Below, one piece after another: positions 61,092 to 64,000 of a DNA stretch of 64,000 nucleotides (its first letter is position 1; every line of letters begins with the position of its first letter). The translations under genes and the position numbers were made by a program. The notes beneath the pieces were generated by a model that made no database searches, was not told the DNA's origin, and saw nothing but the letters and a program-made list of their open reading frames with translations. The DNA comes from Moniliella sp. 'wahieum' (taxonomy: Eukaryota), in NCBI GenBank assembly GCA_003971905.1, contig RSEE01000031.1:62001-126000 (forward strand), given 5' to 3'.

Positions 61092-63650
61092 TTAGTCACT
61101 TGCGTCCGGCATCAGGGGCGCCGGGTACATCGAGTCGAGCAGCAAGACCCACATGCTAACGAAGCTGAGGCAAGCCAAAGAAAGCAAGTTACGCTTCACG
61201 GCCACGTCCCAATGGAACACGCGGCGTCCAGTGATGGTCAAGGACTGGGTGTAGGTGCGTGTGCGTGTGCGTTTCGGGGTAGTGCATGCGCGGGTGGTTG
61301 GGGCGAAGCAAGTGAGTCCGAGGGCAACGCCGATGCGGCCGGCATGACGAAGTGCGTCGTGGGCACGAGCGCGGGCGCGCGAGGAGCGTACAGCGCTCGA
61401 CGGTAGGTGCGTCGTACGCTGCAGCGTTGGTGTGGGAGTGGGAATGAGAGTGAGGGTGGGAGTGAGGGTGGGAATGGTGGTGGGAGTGGGGCCATCTAGG
61501 ACGTCCAGTTCGCCGCCTCCGACAACGAGTGAGACGGAGGGAGGAGCGGGGGCCAGGCCGGTCGGAGGGGGCAAGGTGCGCGGACACGGGGAAACCAAGA
61601 GCAAATCCGCCTGCCGATCCACAATGTTACTTGTGATCCAGCGTACCAGGACATCGCATGAGGAGGTAGTCACACTGGCTACTACCCAAGCTGCCAAAGG
61701 CTGCGTTGGCCCGAAAAATTTGTGCAGGTTGATTTGCAACAAGGCGCCGCTGATGGCTTGGAGTGCGACCAGACGCACGAGCGACGGAAGGAGTCCATAG
61801 TACAGTAGCCAGCGACGTAACAGCAGCGTGGTCATTGATAAAGCATGAAACGCCGTTGCCATCGACTGGATTCAACCAACCAACCAACCAAACAAACAAA
61901 CAAACAAACAAACCAAAGCATCAAAAGAAACAAAAAGAACCCGCCCGTCAGTATTCGTCTCTCATTTCGTCGCAACTCAGGAACCAAGCACCAATCTTTC
62001 CACACGTACCCAACCGGAAGCCGCCAAATAGTCCAGTGCGCCCGGGGCAGAGCGGTCGCCGATCCGGCGCAGATCTTGGTTGCGCAACGCGACCATCACG
62101 CATTTCCGCCACAAGTACAACGTCCCCAACAACCCGGGCACCGACGCCAACAGACGCAGTGGGTGCAACACAAAATGTGAACCAGTACATCGTCCCTCCT
62201 CCTCCTCTTCTGCCGCCAGAGCCTCCACCATTTCATCCACCTCGTCCACCTCATCCACTTCATCCACCTCATCCACTTCATCCACTTCCTCCTCCGTCAC
62301 ATTCACCGCGTCTCCCTCCAACGTCGCAGCCTCCCGATCGGGGTGGAGGCCAGGAACCAACTCGTCGTCCGATCCCTCCTCTTCGGGGGTAGACGTCGGA
62401 CCGATCCCTGGCACAGCCTGGTCCGGTACGATGACCGTTGCCCTGGTTCGAGGGGGGCTGTAAGGTGGGGGTGGGGGCGGGGAGGACGTGCGCTCGGGGG
62501 TCGGAAGGATCGGCGGGATCGGCGGGATCGGCGGGATGGGAGGGACCGAAGTGACGGGGGCGCGGAAGGCGTAGTGCCCGGTGCAGCGATCCCCGTTGAC
62601 AGGGCCGAAAGCGTGGAGAGGTTGGAGTGCGGGAACGCCGCAGTGGACGGCGACGAGGCGGGCGGGTATCGTGTACGGGGGTTCGACGTCGTCGCGTGCC
62701 CGAGGCTAAGCGGACAGGGGGGGGAGACAGTTGAACGGGCTGGGTGTTGGAGCGATAGCGGGTGGACCCTCCTGAGTGACCTACAGGGGCCGGGTCCAGC
62801 TCGTCGAGAGACGAAGAGGAAAACGGGTACGGATGGCTCGGTGGATGGGAGAGGTGAGCGTCGGGGAATATACCAGGGCCGAGGCTCGCTGCGACGGAAT
62901 AGCCCGTAGGGGACGTGGACGTGTGCGGACAGAGCGCTGGCTAGAAACGCGTGTCTCTGTGCACATCCCCTAAGGAAGAGGACGTCGGCAGGCTGGATCT
63001 TGACATGGAGGAAAGGGGGACAAAAACGGGAAGACCCCAGTCGGTCTGCCTCTTTGCGCAGCTCGGCCTGTGCCGCGCCGAGGCCGGCCACGATGCGGTG
63101 TCGATGGGAGCGAGGCGGGCGGCTGCTGGCCTGTTCTACCTGCGGGAGGGGGCGACGGGCAGAGCGGGAGGGGTGCGGGAGGGACGAAGAGGAGCTGGAG
63201 GCGGAGGGGGAGGCGATGATGGAGTTGGGCGTGCGAGGAGCAGGAGCAGGAGCAGACGCAGGCGGGTGAATGCGGAGGTGAGAGAAGGAGTGGCGCGAGG
63301 CCAGCAGCGGCGGGGGTGGGGGAAGCGGCCCGGGGGGCGCAGGCTGGGTGGGCGCTGCGACGACGGAGGAGGCGGCGGGGTAGCACGGCGGAGGAGGCGG
63401 GGGGGAGGTCGGAGGCAAGGGACGAGCTGCTGGCGGCGGGGCTGGACACGGGGCCAGCGGGGAAGGAGTGGGCTGCTGTAGGTGGCAGCGTCGAGGTCGA
63501 GGGTGAAGGCGGGCGCGGGGGGGGATGGGGAGGGGGGACGGGGTGTCGGGGGGCGGAGAGGGGGGCATTGGGACGGCATGCGACGGGCGGTGGGGATGGG
63601 GGTGGGGGCGGTGCCGACGCGGCTGGTGCTGCTGCCGAGAGACGAGGCAT
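61092..63650 (-). CDS. EOS1: N-glycosylation protein Eos1 family
   Basis: LHPLRLLASVPGLLGTLY; GALDYLAASGW, intron 61866-62009, SMATAFHALSMTTLLLRRWLLYY..LVRLVALQAI; WITSNI; RVFHWDVAVKR; long P/S-rich N-terminus; start tentative. Confidence 0.82.
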
Positions 63651-64000
63651 GCCTGCTCTCCACGCGCCCCCTCTGTTGTTCTGCCGATGCGGTGCGGCTC
63701 CGTGGCCCAGCCAGCGGCCGGCCAGCCATGTCCCTCCCTCGCCCACGCTGCCCGTCCGCCCCCGCCCGATTCCTGCCACTTTCAATTTTACTTGCCCCCG
63801 GGACTGACTTGGCGCTATACACGTGCTTTGTTTGCTTTATACACCCCGCTGGGGTCCCTCAAGAGGGGCGGTGTGCGTGAACGCGGTAGACCTGGCTCGA
63901 GGCACTGCTGCTGGCCACGCCGAGTGGACGTGTGCCCGCTACACCGAGTGCACAGGAATAGATCTGTCTCCCTTGCCCATTTGATGGGCCCAGCAACTGC

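Noticed and set aside
1..63650. Pervasive frameshifts as pseudogenisation, programmed frameshifting or RNA editing
   Set aside because: They hit essential genes, include both insertions and deletions, and fall mostly in short homopolymers (RPS6 aac>aaac, aag>ag, cccc>ccc) with no shared slippery motif. This is typical uncorrected long-read error.

Overview
Gene-dense, GC-rich eukaryotic DNA, most consistent with a basidiomycete fungus (inferred from protein similarity and GTRYGT...CTRAC...YAG introns). Almost every gene, including RPS13 and RPS6, has 1-2 nt indels, mostly in homopolymers, so the assembly is probably unpolished long-read sequence and many CDS ends are approximate. Recognisable genes: RPS13/RPS6 (head-to-head), a Sam37/metaxin-like protein, an SLC35F6-like transporter, a Zn2Cys6 transcription factor, an MFS transporter, MED13, an OPT peptide transporter, MTG1, a 4CL-like acyl-CoA ligase, RPL36, a divergent Ykt6-like longin, TIM21, tRNA-Thr(CGT), TAF12, dephospho-CoA kinase, stomatin, a EutQ-like cupin and EOS1. 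A retroelement graveyard at 5-15 kb holds a Ty3/gypsy remnant and two inverted solo LTRs, each with its own 5-bp TSD. The three most notable observations are: (1) an intergenic 7-bp repeat grammar (4-bp palindrome plus a mostly TGA/TCA linker) that recurs with many different cores; (2) a Ykt6-type longin that appears to lack a SNARE motif but may keep a CaaX end; (3) a Zn-cluster TF bracketed by inverted LTRs. Family assignments come from my recognition of motifs; no searches were run.
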